From contig CAXWPJ010000009.1 of assembly GCA_963664115.2 (NCBI GenBank), positions 64,001 through 128,000 of the forward strand: a DNA stretch of 64,000 nucleotides, in the 5' to 3' direction. The notes under the pieces are model-generated. The model searched no databases and was not told where the DNA came from. It saw only the letters and a list, made by a program, of their open reading frames with translations. The DNA is from Terriglobia bacterium (GTDB lineage: Bacteria; Acidobacteriota; Terriglobia; 20CM-2-55-15). The position numbers and the translations under genes are program-made. This document shows, piece by piece, positions 30,370 to 40,015 of this stretch (position 1 is the first letter of the stretch; each line of letters starts with the position of its first letter).

Positions 30370-30455
30370 TCTGACTACCTCAAGTTATTTTTGACTTTCA
30401 GATGAAGTCCAGGGACATACCCGTGGACAGCTTGTTGGAACACTTGGATCGAATA

Positions 30456-31814
30456 TCAATCCCCCATTTCCCGGGCTTCCATGACCGCCGCCTCGCCCGA
30501 ATTTGCCGCAGCCCGCCGACTAAAGAAACCAGACACCAGCCAGGCCAGGCCTGCAAGGACCAGGGCAAATATCAGCCAACCCACGGCCATGGTTAGGAGC
30601 GACGCGCTCAACGAAGGCCATGGGTACTGACGGAGCACTTCCGCTCGATCAACCATCCAGTGCCACGCCGTATGGGCGACCAGCACAGAAAGGACGATTG
30701 TACCGATGCGCTCGGCGACCCCATAGCGGAACAGCAATCCCAAAGCCGGTATGACCAGCGCAAGGACGAAAAGTTGCCCGAGTTCCACTCCGATATTGAA
30801 CGCTACCAGCGAGCCGAGCAGGTGCGAACCCGCGAACTGGAGAGTCTCGCGCAGGGCGAACGAGAATCCGAAGCCGTGGACGAGTCCGAACCCGAGCGTA
30901 ATCATCCACCGGCGCTCCACGTTCGTGGAGACAACGTTCTCGATCGCCATATACACAATGGACATCGCGATTAAGGTTTCCACCAGCGGTGGGAACCATA
31001 GCGAGGTGGGCGCCAGACCGTAAGCGGACGCGATGAGCGTAATCGAGTGAGCGAAGGTGAAGGACGTCACGACCATGACGAGCGAACGCCACCGACGGAG
31101 CGGGATTACCAGACACAACAGGAACAGCAGATGGTCGATCCCGTCCAGGATGTGGAAGAATCCAAACTCTATGAACCGCGCCGCAGCCTGGTACCAGCGT
31201 GGATCGAGCCTCACGATACCGGGATCGCCCAGAACCTCGAAAGCGCGCACCGTGCCGTCGGGAAGTACGAAGCGAATGACGGTAAGCACCCGCAGTCCCA
31301 GCCTCTCCAATCCAGGCCTTACGGAAAACTCCGACTGATCCGATCGAATCGGGTATTCGAGCGCCACATCCAACATACCCTGTTGCCAGTAGAGATCGAT
31401 GTTTTCAGCCAATTGGCCTCTCGTGATGTGCTCTCGAGCCTGTTCGTAGGACGCAAACGAGGCATCTGAGGGCAGCGATACACGTACAGCCGCGATCCCG
31501 GGGATGGGAAGGCGCCGGTCGTCTTCGTAGATCTCAATATCGTTCGCAATCCATAGTGTTGCCGCATCCCGCAGTACGTTTTCAATTCGGGCGAGGTCCA
31601 GATAGCCGGGTCCACGCGTCGGCCACGTCATGTCGGCCATGGCCTCCATCGGGACCCGTATCAAGACGTGCAACTGCTGAGCTTCCGGCCGGATCCATGC
31701 CTGAACCGTAACGTCGCTGGGAATCTCGTGAGCGGCCGATTCCAGAGGCAGCAACGTGAAAATCAGGACCACCAGATGAGGGATCAGCCCGCCTTTTTTA
31801 AATCGAAAAATCAT
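30456..31814 (-). CDS. HupE/UreJ family membrane protein with N-terminal extracytoplasmic domain
   Basis: SAA|HEIP, GFFHILDGIDHLLF, FTFAHSITL, FGLVHGFGF, FNIGVELGQ. Confidence 0.88.
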   Translation of the reverse strand: MIFRFKKGGLIPHLVVLIFTLLPLESAAHEIPSDVTVQAWIRPEAQQLHVLIRVPMEAMADMTWPTRGPGYLDLARIENVLRDAATLWIANDIEIYEDDRRLPIPGIAAVRVSLPSDASFASYEQAREHITRGQLAENIDLYWQQGMLDVALEYPIRSDQSEFSVRPGLERLGLRVLTVIRFVLPDGTVRAFEVLGDPGIVRLDPRWYQAAARFIEFGFFHILDGIDHLLFLLCLVIPLRRWRSLVMVVTSFTFAHSITLIASAYGLAPTSLWFPPLVETLIAMSIVYMAIENVVSTNVERRWMITLGFGLVHGFGFSFALRETLQFAGSHLLGSLVAFNIGVELGQLFVLALVIPALGLLFRYGVAERIGTIVLSVLVAHTAWHWMVDRAEVLRQYPWPSLSASLLTMAVGWLIFALVLAGLAWLVSGFFSRRAAANSGEAAVMEAREMGD

Positions 31815-32069
31815 AAGTTCTTAAGGGATGGACTCTTGATTCGGTATTACTTATCGCATATTAACCGCTTCCGGTCCCCAGAACGAGTCGTCCGTCCTAC
31901 TGGCGAGGGTAATGAGACTGGCATCAACCTGACAAGCGAAAAGCACTGAACGCTGACTGGATCAAAGGCCTGTGTCCCCAGTACAGCATTCCAGAAGGAC
32001 ACTTACCTTCGCAGTCATCGATTCCGACAATTATGAACAGTGTCGTGATCGTCCGGAAATCACGGCGAA

Positions 32070-32078
32070 TGATATAAT
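32070..32078 (+). promoter_or_regulatory. Extended -10 promoter of the kinase-phosphatase-NTT operon
   Basis: TGaTATAAT, 38 nt upstream of ATG 32117. Confidence 0.6.
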
Positions 32079-32116
32079 GGTTGAAAACCCCTAACAGTTC
32101 CTGCCAGGAGACGAAT

Positions 32117-32968
32117 ATGCAGAAGTCGAGAGCTGTTTGCTTCAGTCTTGCCGCTTTCCTTTGTGTTTTGGTGACGGTCCCGATTGCGTGGGGCCAGAAC
32201 GTAGCACCCGGCCCAGAGGAATGGACAGACGCCGAAAGGGAAGTTTTCCTGCAGACGGCCGAAATCCTTTCGGTCGAAGACATCGGAATCGGCATCACTC
32301 GCGCCCAACGTGCGACGCTCAGCGACGGCAGCGTCACACACGACGCTCAGATCCAGGCGATCGACGTGTTCCGGCGCGGCATAACGCAACTGCAGGGCAC
32401 CGTGGTAGTCAACTTCAAGGACAGTTACAAGTTCAACATCGCCGGATACCGTCTGGACCGCTTGCTGGATCTCAACATGGTCCCTGTCTACGTGGAACGA
32501 ACGGTGCGGCGCAGCAGATGCTCCGTATCGTGGTGGGTGGACGACGTTCAAATGATGGAACTGGATCGTTTCAACAACGGGATCGATCCTCCCGATATCG
32601 AGGCCTGGAACGATCAGATGAGCAGTGCTCGGATTTTCACGAAACTAATTTACAACACCGACCCTAATCTCGGAAATTTTCTGATCACCAGCGACTGGGA
32701 ACTCCACCTGATCGACTTCACACGCGCTTTCCGGGTGTTTGATCGCCTTCGAGAACCTGAAAACGTCACACCACGCATTGAGCGGCGCTTCTATGAGGGC
32801 CTTCGTGCCTTGAACAAAGAGCGGCTGGAGGAGGTCATGGACGGAATGCTTACCGGCAGTGAGATGGACGGCGTTCTCCATCGACGGGACCTCATTCTGG
32901 AGATACTGGACGCCCAGATCGCAGAGAGGGGCGAATCCGCGGTTGTTTACGACGTGCCGGGGCAATGA
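32117..32968 (+). CDS. Exported atypical kinase-fold protein (FAM20/Four-jointed/PI4K-II-like)
   Basis: CAGGAG RBS; signal peptide ending AWG; IAGYRLDRLLDLNMVPVYVER, SVSWW, catalytic-loop-like YNTDPNLGNFL (DxxxxN), metal-binding LIDF. Confidence 0.75.
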   Translation: MQKSRAVCFSLAAFLCVLVTVPIAWGQNVAPGPEEWTDAEREVFLQTAEILSVEDIGIGITRAQRATLSDGSVTHDAQIQAIDVFRRGITQLQGTVVVNFKDSYKFNIAGYRLDRLLDLNMVPVYVERTVRRSRCSVSWWVDDVQMMELDRFNNGIDPPDIEAWNDQMSSARIFTKLIYNTDPNLGNFLITSDWELHLIDFTRAFRVFDRLREPENVTPRIERRFYEGLRALNKERLEEVMDGMLTGSEMDGVLHRRDLILEILDAQIAERGESAVVYDVPGQ

Positions 32969-32974
32969 TTCACT

Positions 32975-34291
32975 TTGAGAGAGCGACCTGTGTATCGCGT
33001 TAAATCAAAGTTCGGAATCGGAACGCTGTTGCTGGCCATAGCTCTGATGTGGGCTCCGGTTCCCCTCCTGCGGAGCCAGGACGGGGAACGCATCCTGGCA
33101 ATGGCCGACATCCATGGCAACTTTGAGGCGGCCGCATCCCTGCTGCAGCGTAATGGCGTGATCGATGACGCATTGAACTGGGTCGGTGACAAGACCACGT
33201 TCGTACAGACCGGAGACTTCACCGACCGGGGGCCTGAAGTCCGGCGGCTGATGGATTTCCTGATCTCTCTGGATGGTGATGCCCCGGACGACAGTGTGAT
33301 CGTTCTCCTGGGCAATCACGAGAGCCTGAACATCATTGGGGACTTGCGCGACGTGACTGCGGCCGATTACGCAAGCTTCGCCGATTCGGATTCCGAGAGT
33401 CGCCGGCAGGAGGCTTTCCAAGCGTATGTCGATTTTGAGAAGCGACGCTCCGAACGACTCGGGAAGCCTCCAGTGTCGCCAACTCCAGAGATCGAGCGGG
33501 CCTGGATGGACGCGCATCCTCCCGGATTCCTCGAACACCGCGAAGCGTTCGGTCCTGAGGGAAAATACGGTCGATGGATCCGAGAGCTATCCACGGTGGC
33601 GAAGGTGGACGAAACTCTTTTTCTCCATGCCGGAATCCATCCCTCGCTTGCCGAGCTCTCCATCGATGAGATCAATGCCCGGGTCCGCGACGAGATCCGC
33701 GCCTTCGACCAGTCCTTCGAGTACCTGGTCTCCCGGGGGATCGCGCTGTCCTATTTCACCCTTGACGAACTCCTCGAAGCAGCGCGGGAGTCGCTTGATT
33801 TTGCGAATCGAACCAACGACCCGGAAAACCGAGATAGTGAGGCACAACGGGATGTTCAAGTCCTGGAGGGCCTGCTTGGCCTGGGAAGCTGGTTGATGGT
33901 CCACCCTGACGGCGTTCTCTGGTACCGGGGTTATAGCAATTGGTCCGATGAAGAAGGCCCAGCCCAAATCGAACAGTTGCTCGACAGCTACGATGTGGAA
34001 CAAATCGTTGTCGGCCACAGTCCCCAACTGCCCGGGGAGATTCGCGTTCGATTCGATGGACGCCTTTACCTGGCCGATACGGGGATGCTTTCAAGCTACT
34101 ACGCGGGAGGACGCGCTTCGATGTTGGAGATCCGGGATGGCGTCATTCGCGCAATCTATCTGGATGCCGAAGCGCGGCTGATGCAACCGGCATTGTCGCG
34201 GGCAAGGGCTCGGGCCAGCGTGGCCCTCGATCAGCCCAGGCAAATCATCGCGGTCAAGGGCCGGGCCACAGCCACGATTCCGGCCCTCTAA
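32975..34291 (+). CDS. Exported calcineurin-like metallophosphoesterase (Shewanella-like PPP phosphatase type)
   Basis: Signal peptide; DIHG, GDFTDRG, GNHE, HAG, LWYRG, VGHS, DTG motifs. Confidence 0.9.
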   Translation: MRERPVYRVKSKFGIGTLLLAIALMWAPVPLLRSQDGERILAMADIHGNFEAAASLLQRNGVIDDALNWVGDKTTFVQTGDFTDRGPEVRRLMDFLISLDGDAPDDSVIVLLGNHESLNIIGDLRDVTAADYASFADSDSESRRQEAFQAYVDFEKRRSERLGKPPVSPTPEIERAWMDAHPPGFLEHREAFGPEGKYGRWIRELSTVAKVDETLFLHAGIHPSLAELSIDEINARVRDEIRAFDQSFEYLVSRGIALSYFTLDELLEAARESLDFANRTNDPENRDSEAQRDVQVLEGLLGLGSWLMVHPDGVLWYRGYSNWSDEEGPAQIEQLLDSYDVEQIVVGHSPQLPGEIRVRFDGRLYLADTGMLSSYYAGGRASMLEIRDGVIRAIYLDAEARLMQPALSRARARASVALDQPRQIIAVKGRATATIPAL

Positions 34292-34300
34292 CCTTCACTT

Positions 34301-37057
34301 ATGTCCCACTGGATTGAGCGTCTCTTGAGCCTGCGGCGGGGAGAGCTCGGGGGTGGACTCCTCTTCTTCGCGTACTACTTCCTGATCATATCCTCTTATG
34401 TCGTCGGTCAGGTCGCTCGGGACGCCTTGTTTCTTGATCGCTTCGCTGCCGATCAGCTTCCGTACGCCGACATCGCGATAGCTGCGATGGTGGGTCTCGT
34501 TGTGGCCGGCTATATCCGGGCCGGCCGCCGGGTCGACCTTCGAGAGCTGCTGGTCGGTAGCCTTGCACTCTTTGCGGCTATTGCCTTCTTTTTCTGGTGG
34601 GCGATCCGCACGGTTCAATGGGCCTGGCTGATTCCAGCCCTCTACGTTTGGATCGGAATCTTTGGCGTTCTGGCCATCGCGCAGGTCTGGACCTTAGCGA
34701 ACTTCATGCTAACCACACGCGAAGCCAAACGGGTGTTTGGACTCGTCGGGGCAGGTGGAATTCTGGGCGGTATCTTCGGAGGCTTCCTATCCAATGCCAT
34801 TGCACGCAGCTTAGGGACCGAGAGTCTCCTGCTCCTGGTCGCAGCGTTCCCCGCGGTCTGCGTGATGCTTGTGATTCAGATTTGGCGTCAAGAATCCAAG
34901 GATACTGACCTTGTCGTTAACGACTCCAGCATGACGAGTTTAGAGAGTTCCTGGAGTCTGCTAGGCAGTTTGCAAATCATCCGTTCTTCTTCCCACCTGA
35001 AATCCATTGCAGCGCTGATTTGCATCACCTCCGTCGTCACCACGGCAGCAGGCTGGCAGTTCAAGGCAATCGCTAAGGCGTCCATCGTCGAAACCGACGC
35101 ACTGGCAGCCTTTCTGGGCTCGTTTCAGGGATACGCTGGCATTCTGGCCCTCTTGGCGCAATTGTTGTTGACCACCAGGGTGCTGCAGCGCTTCGGCGTC
35201 GGCGCGGTATTGTTCGCTCTCCCCGTCGCTCTCGTCCTGGGCACCGCCGGAGTTCTCGTTTTCGGGAGCCTATCGGCCGTGATTCTTCTCAAGGGAAGCG
35301 ATAAGGTGTTGCGTTATTCCCTCGACAACTCCGCGCTTCAACTGCTCTACCTCCCGGTGCCGACCGGTATCAAAGTCCAGGTCAAATCTTTCATCGACAC
35401 CGTCATCTGGCGACTTGGAGATGGAATGGCGGGAGTCACGCTGCTCGTCTTCGTGACGTATCTTCAGTTCACGCCTCGACAGGTGGGTTGGATTAACCTG
35501 ATGGCTATCGTTCTGTGGCTCTTTTTTGCAGACCGGGCACGGCAACAGTATCTGGCAACTCTTGGCGAGCGGGTACAGGAACACCGGATCGATACGGAAA
35601 GCACGTCGGTTCCGGTTCTTGATCGATCGACGAGCTCTGTTCTGGCGACGAAGCTCGACTCGGGCAACGCGGAGGAAATCTTATACGGACTGCGCCTGTT
35701 CGAAGTCGGGTACCACCAGACCGCCCACCCGTCGATCGTGGGCCTCATACACCATGACTCGGCCGAGGTCCGGGCGAGAGCTGTAGCAATTCTCAACGCT
35801 GTCGGTAACGCTTCGGTGAAGGACGAGATCGAAGCGCTTCTTGAAGATAACGCTCTAAGCGTGCGTACCGAAGCTCTGTTGTACTTGACACAACACACCG
35901 ACGTCGATCCCTTAGCCCGCATCCGTGAGCTGGGAGACTTTCCGGACTCCACCATCCGGTCCGCTATCGTCGCTTTCCTGAGTCGGCCTGGAAGTGCCCA
36001 GAACCTGGACGGCGCAAGGCTCATGTTGGACATGATGCTGGACGAGAAGGGATCGTCCGGACGCGGGACCCGTCTGGAAGCCGCCCGGTTGATCGGCCTC
36101 CTCCCTGCTGAGTTCGAAAACCAGGTATCGAGGCTCCTCGCAGATTCCGATCCGAAAATCGCAGGCTACGGCATATCCGCTGCCGGAAGCCTCCGTCGTC
36201 AGAAATTCGTTCATGCCTTACTGGAGCGGCTGGGCGATCCCGACAACGGTCAGGCCTCGGCCAGCGCACTTGAGAACTTTGGGGATAGAATCGTGGGGAC
36301 GCTCGGCGATTATCTCAGAGATTCCGAGGTTTCCATCGCCATCCGCCTTGAAATCCCAACGGTGTTGACCAGGATCGACACACTGGGGGTGCCGGACGCG
36401 TTGATTGAAAGTCTCCTCGAAGGAAACACGACTCTGCGCCACCGTATCCTTGCAGCGATAAACAAATATCAACAATCGCACCCGGACGTCCGTATCGATC
36501 CGCAATGGATAGAAACCGTTCTGGCTGCTGAGATCCTCGGCCATTACCGCTCATACCAGGCTTTGGGATTACTCGGGAGTGCCTTGAAGGGGAACGACCC
36601 TTCACTGGCCGCACTCGAAGAATCCATAGCTCACGAGCGGGAGCGAATCTTCCGCCTGCTGGGAGTTCTCTTCCCTGAACACGACATGCATGCGGCCTAC
36701 TTGGGAATTACCGCACACAACTCCCGGGTTCGCGACAACACGCTGGAGTTCCTCGACAGCATGCTCCGCCCTGAACTGCGTTCTCTAGTCATCCCGTTGA
36801 TCGACGACGGCGTTACCGTCAACGAAAGAGTTAGCCTGGCCAATGATGTCGTGGGAACCGGCGTGGAAACAGAAGAAGAAGCGGTCGAGATGCTCATCCA
36901 CAGCGGGGATCCCTGGTTGAAGTCGTGCGCAGCTTACGCCATCGGTGCTTTGGGGCTGAAGTCGCTCGAAAGCGAACTGGACGCATGGCAAGACGACCCG
37001 GACCCCCTCCTGTCAGAAACTGTCCGTCAGGCAAAACTGCGCCTGGCTAAAATCTAA
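34301..37057 (+). CDS. NTT/TLC-family (Npt1/Npt2, ATP/ADP translocase-like) nucleotide transporter fused to HEAT repeats
   Basis: About 12 TM segments with RDALFL, QVWTLAN..REAKRVFGLVGAGGILGG, LRYSLDNSALQLLYLPVP..KSFID..RLGD; C-terminal HEAT-like helical repeats. Confidence 0.85.
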   Translation: MSHWIERLLSLRRGELGGGLLFFAYYFLIISSYVVGQVARDALFLDRFAADQLPYADIAIAAMVGLVVAGYIRAGRRVDLRELLVGSLALFAAIAFFFWWAIRTVQWAWLIPALYVWIGIFGVLAIAQVWTLANFMLTTREAKRVFGLVGAGGILGGIFGGFLSNAIARSLGTESLLLLVAAFPAVCVMLVIQIWRQESKDTDLVVNDSSMTSLESSWSLLGSLQIIRSSSHLKSIAALICITSVVTTAAGWQFKAIAKASIVETDALAAFLGSFQGYAGILALLAQLLLTTRVLQRFGVGAVLFALPVALVLGTAGVLVFGSLSAVILLKGSDKVLRYSLDNSALQLLYLPVPTGIKVQVKSFIDTVIWRLGDGMAGVTLLVFVTYLQFTPRQVGWINLMAIVLWLFFADRARQQYLATLGERVQEHRIDTESTSVPVLDRSTSSVLATKLDSGNAEEILYGLRLFEVGYHQTAHPSIVGLIHHDSAEVRARAVAILNAVGNASVKDEIEALLEDNALSVRTEALLYLTQHTDVDPLARIRELGDFPDSTIRSAIVAFLSRPGSAQNLDGARLMLDMMLDEKGSSGRGTRLEAARLIGLLPAEFENQVSRLLADSDPKIAGYGISAAGSLRRQKFVHALLERLGDPDNGQASASALENFGDRIVGTLGDYLRDSEVSIAIRLEIPTVLTRIDTLGVPDALIESLLEGNTTLRHRILAAINKYQQSHPDVRIDPQWIETVLAAEILGHYRSYQALGLLGSALKGNDPSLAALEESIAHERERIFRLLGVLFPEHDMHAAYLGITAHNSRVRDNTLEFLDSMLRPELRSLVIPLIDDGVTVNERVSLANDVVGTGVETEEEAVEMLIHSGDPWLKSCAAYAIGALGLKSLESELDAWQDDPDPLLSETVRQAKLRLAKI

Positions 37058-37151
37058 ATCGGCGTGTACCAGAAAAGTATCAACGGGTAGGCAAGTGGAG
37101 CCTGAACCCCGCGTTGGGGAATTCGTCCGAGCCCCGCCGTGCTGCGCTCGA

Positions 37152-38228
37152 CTAAAGTCGCTCTTCCCGCCAGAGGCCCAGGGCCTTTTGCGCTGCGCGA
37201 TCTGAAAAACTGAACAGCACCGCACCTTTTTCGCTTTGATGGGAGACCGGATGCCATGGCGGGACTACAAACACGTCGCGTTCTTTCCACTCAATGGTCA
37301 TGTTGCCAATCTGGCTTCGCCCGCTGCCTTCGGTGGGACTGAACACTGTCCCATCCGTAGAACGATACAGCTTCCCGTTAAACCCCGGCGGTAGTAACTG
37401 CATAAAACCCGCGATCGACGGCAGCGGGTATCCGCCTGTGAGCGGATTGACGAACTGCAGCTTGACGCCATGACAGTCATCGACAGGGCCGTTCTTGTAC
37501 AGCTGTTCGACGACTTCCCGGCTTCGCGAATACGGGTAGTTGAAGATCGGCGATGCCATCGTGGAGGGCTGGTGTTCGACGGGAAGCAAATTGTTTCCAT
37601 ACCGCATCCCGGCATCTTCTTCTTTCTTGGTCACCGGATAAGTGGGTTCCGGCCACTCTTCGGTAAAGGTGACGCCCATCATGTCGATGAACGGGTTATC
37701 CAGGCCGTCCATCCAGATTGTAGGCTCGTTCCCGAGATTCCCGTGGTCGTGAAAAGTCCATGAAGGCGTTAAGACGAAATCACCCGGTTGCATCATGGAT
37801 CGCTCACCGTCGACCGAGGTATAGCCACCCCCGTCCCCCTCCAACATGAACCGGAAGGCCGAGGCCGTGTGGCGATGCGCCGGGGCAACCTCCTGCGGCA
37901 TCACCAACTGGACTGCCGCAAACAGGCTCTGTGTGATCCAGGACTCGCCCCGAAGTCCGGGGTTTTCCAGTATCAACACCCGGCGTTCCGCCTGATCGGG
38001 TGTGATCAAATCCGCGGCCTCCATGAGCATTGGACGGATTTCATCGTAGCGCCAAATCGCCGGTACGCAGCGTGGTATCGGTTCCGCTGTTGCGAGATCC
38101 CCGAAGACCTCCCACAATGGCGCGAGGTTCAGCGCGTCCAGCTGATCATGGAATGCCTTCAGCTCCTCGGTCAGCTCCGGCTTTTGAAAGCTAAAGGCTT
38201 GCCCTTTTTTTTTATTCGCTTCCTTCAC
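37152..38228 (-). CDS. gtdA: Gentisate 1,2-dioxygenase (bicupin)
   Basis: LAPLW, AERRVLILENPG, APAHRH, TPSWTFHDHGN, WMDGLD, FSFSDR. Confidence 0.9.
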   Translation of the reverse strand: MKEANKKKGQAFSFQKPELTEELKAFHDQLDALNLAPLWEVFGDLATAEPIPRCVPAIWRYDEIRPMLMEAADLITPDQAERRVLILENPGLRGESWITQSLFAAVQLVMPQEVAPAHRHTASAFRFMLEGDGGGYTSVDGERSMMQPGDFVLTPSWTFHDHGNLGNEPTIWMDGLDNPFIDMMGVTFTEEWPEPTYPVTKKEEDAGMRYGNNLLPVEHQPSTMASPIFNYPYSRSREVVEQLYKNGPVDDCHGVKLQFVNPLTGGYPLPSIAGFMQLLPPGFNGKLYRSTDGTVFSPTEGSGRSQIGNMTIEWKERDVFVVPPWHPVSHQSEKGAVLFSFSDRAAQKALGLWREERL

Positions 38229-38731
38229 GTCTCACGCTCCTCGGGCAAGTATACAGTTGCCTGATGCCCGTTTCTGTTCGATCAACCGGCCGGTACCTGA
38301 TCTCCCGTCGCTCCAATGCTCAGGATCGTCGCGACGATCGTGGCTTCCAAAAAAGTTTGGCTGAGACCCTCGACCGTGAAGCCTGCCACTAGGCGGATTG
38401 AAGCAGTCCGGCGAATCGGGAGTTGGAGACTCGTGGTAAATTTGCGTTCAACCGTCTTTTCGAGAAGACCTTTCCTGTCTACAACCAGCGAACAAACCGC
38501 GGCTTCCACCGGGGGGGACCCGAACCAAAACCCGATCGCGAAGTCACCGCTTTCCCCTAGAAGGCAAGGTCGTTTCCCATTAGAATGCACCCCCATGCCC
38601 TTCTCCCAGGATTCGAAGCGCACTCGTTCCGTTTGTCATGTTCTTCAGCGCCAAGTCTTTTCTACTTTCGCTTATGCGCGGTTCCGTTCTTTGGACAGAG
38701 CCCATCTTCGACGAAAGGCATAAAGGTGCAC

Positions 38732-39841
38732 GTGAACACTAAATTGAGCAAAACAAAGTTTATTTCGATCGCTGCTTCCTTTGCGTTATTTATGGCTGGG
38801 GTGGGTGTCGTGAACCCGGTACGGGCCCAGGCCCAGAACGTCCCCCGGTATGCGGTCGATCCGTTCTGGCCCAAACTGCCTCTGCCCGACCGATGGATCA
38901 CGGGCGGTCTGGGCGGAATGTGCATCGACGGCCGCGATCATTTGTACATCCTCAATCGGGGGAACGTAGACCCCGAAGATCTGGATGGAGCCAGCATGGC
39001 GCCTTCGGTGATCGAGTTCGATCCCGATGGAAATGTCGTCCGCTCTTGGGGAGACCCCTCCATGTTGGGAGACCGACTGCATGATTGCCATGTCGACCAA
39101 GACCAGAACGTGTGGATCATCGCTTCCGCAACAGGCATCGCACAGAAGTACTCCAGCGATGGCAGCGAGCTCCTGCTCCAAATCGGGGAGGCGGGCGTTT
39201 ATGACTCCTCGGACGGGACCCGAGAAGGCCAGGCCCTGAATTCAAACCGTGCCCAGTTCTTTCTGCCCGCCAGCATCGATTTGGACGCCGCAACCGGCGA
39301 CATCTATATCGCCGATGGCGAGCTACCCGGAGGAAACCAGCGAATTGCCGTACTCGACCGCAACGGGCGGTTTCTCCGCCAGTGGCCGCTCCACCGCAGC
39401 GATGCCGATGGCAACATCGTCCCCTTACCTCACTGTCTTCGCTTAAGCGACGACGGCCTTGTGTACGTCTGTGACCGGGAGGCGGATCGGATCCAGGTAT
39501 TCGATCAAATGGGGAACTTCATCCGGAACATCGACGTGCCCTGGCAACCCTATACATCGCCCGCGGGCCGTCTGAGCGGGATGCGTGGCACTGCCGTCGT
39601 CCTGGCTTTCTCCCACGATCCAGGTCAGCGCCTCATGTTCGTCGCGAATCAGCTTAGTTCGGAAATCGATATCCTGGATCGCCAGACCGGACAGGTCCTG
39701 TCGAGTTTCGGTGGAGGTCCCGGACGCTATCCGGGGCAGTTCACGCTACCGCACGGCATCGCGGTCGATTCAGCGGGCAATGTATACGTTGCCGAACAGG
39801 AAGGACGACGCATTCAGAAGTTCAGAATCGTAAATCCTTAG
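38732..39841 (+). CDS. Exported NHL-repeat beta-propeller (PAL-like)
   Basis: Signal peptide, VDPFWPK, IYIADG, PHC, VYVCDR..RIQVF, PHGIAVDSAGNVYVAE; start uncertain. Confidence 0.82.
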   Translation: MNTKLSKTKFISIAASFALFMAGVGVVNPVRAQAQNVPRYAVDPFWPKLPLPDRWITGGLGGMCIDGRDHLYILNRGNVDPEDLDGASMAPSVIEFDPDGNVVRSWGDPSMLGDRLHDCHVDQDQNVWIIASATGIAQKYSSDGSELLLQIGEAGVYDSSDGTREGQALNSNRAQFFLPASIDLDAATGDIYIADGELPGGNQRIAVLDRNGRFLRQWPLHRSDADGNIVPLPHCLRLSDDGLVYVCDREADRIQVFDQMGNFIRNIDVPWQPYTSPAGRLSGMRGTAVVLAFSHDPGQRLMFVANQLSSEIDILDRQTGQVLSSFGGGPGRYPGQFTLPHGIAVDSAGNVYVAEQEGRRIQKFRIVNP

Positions 39842-40015
39842 GAATGCTGAAAGGAGCAGCGGAGGTCAGCCGGAACTTCGCTGATGTCTCTCACAACCCG
39901 TTCTGGTGATTACTATCGGACGGGCACACCCCGGGGCAAACTGCCGGGTCATGACCCCGTACCAGGCCAGCAGGCCAGTCGGGTGTCCGAAAAACTAAGG
40001 TTCAGAGGATCAAAG

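Noticed and set aside
38230-38730. ORFs of 113-135 aa in the gap between gtdA and the NHL gene
   Set aside because: No RBS, motif or protein-like composition; treated as a divergent promoter region
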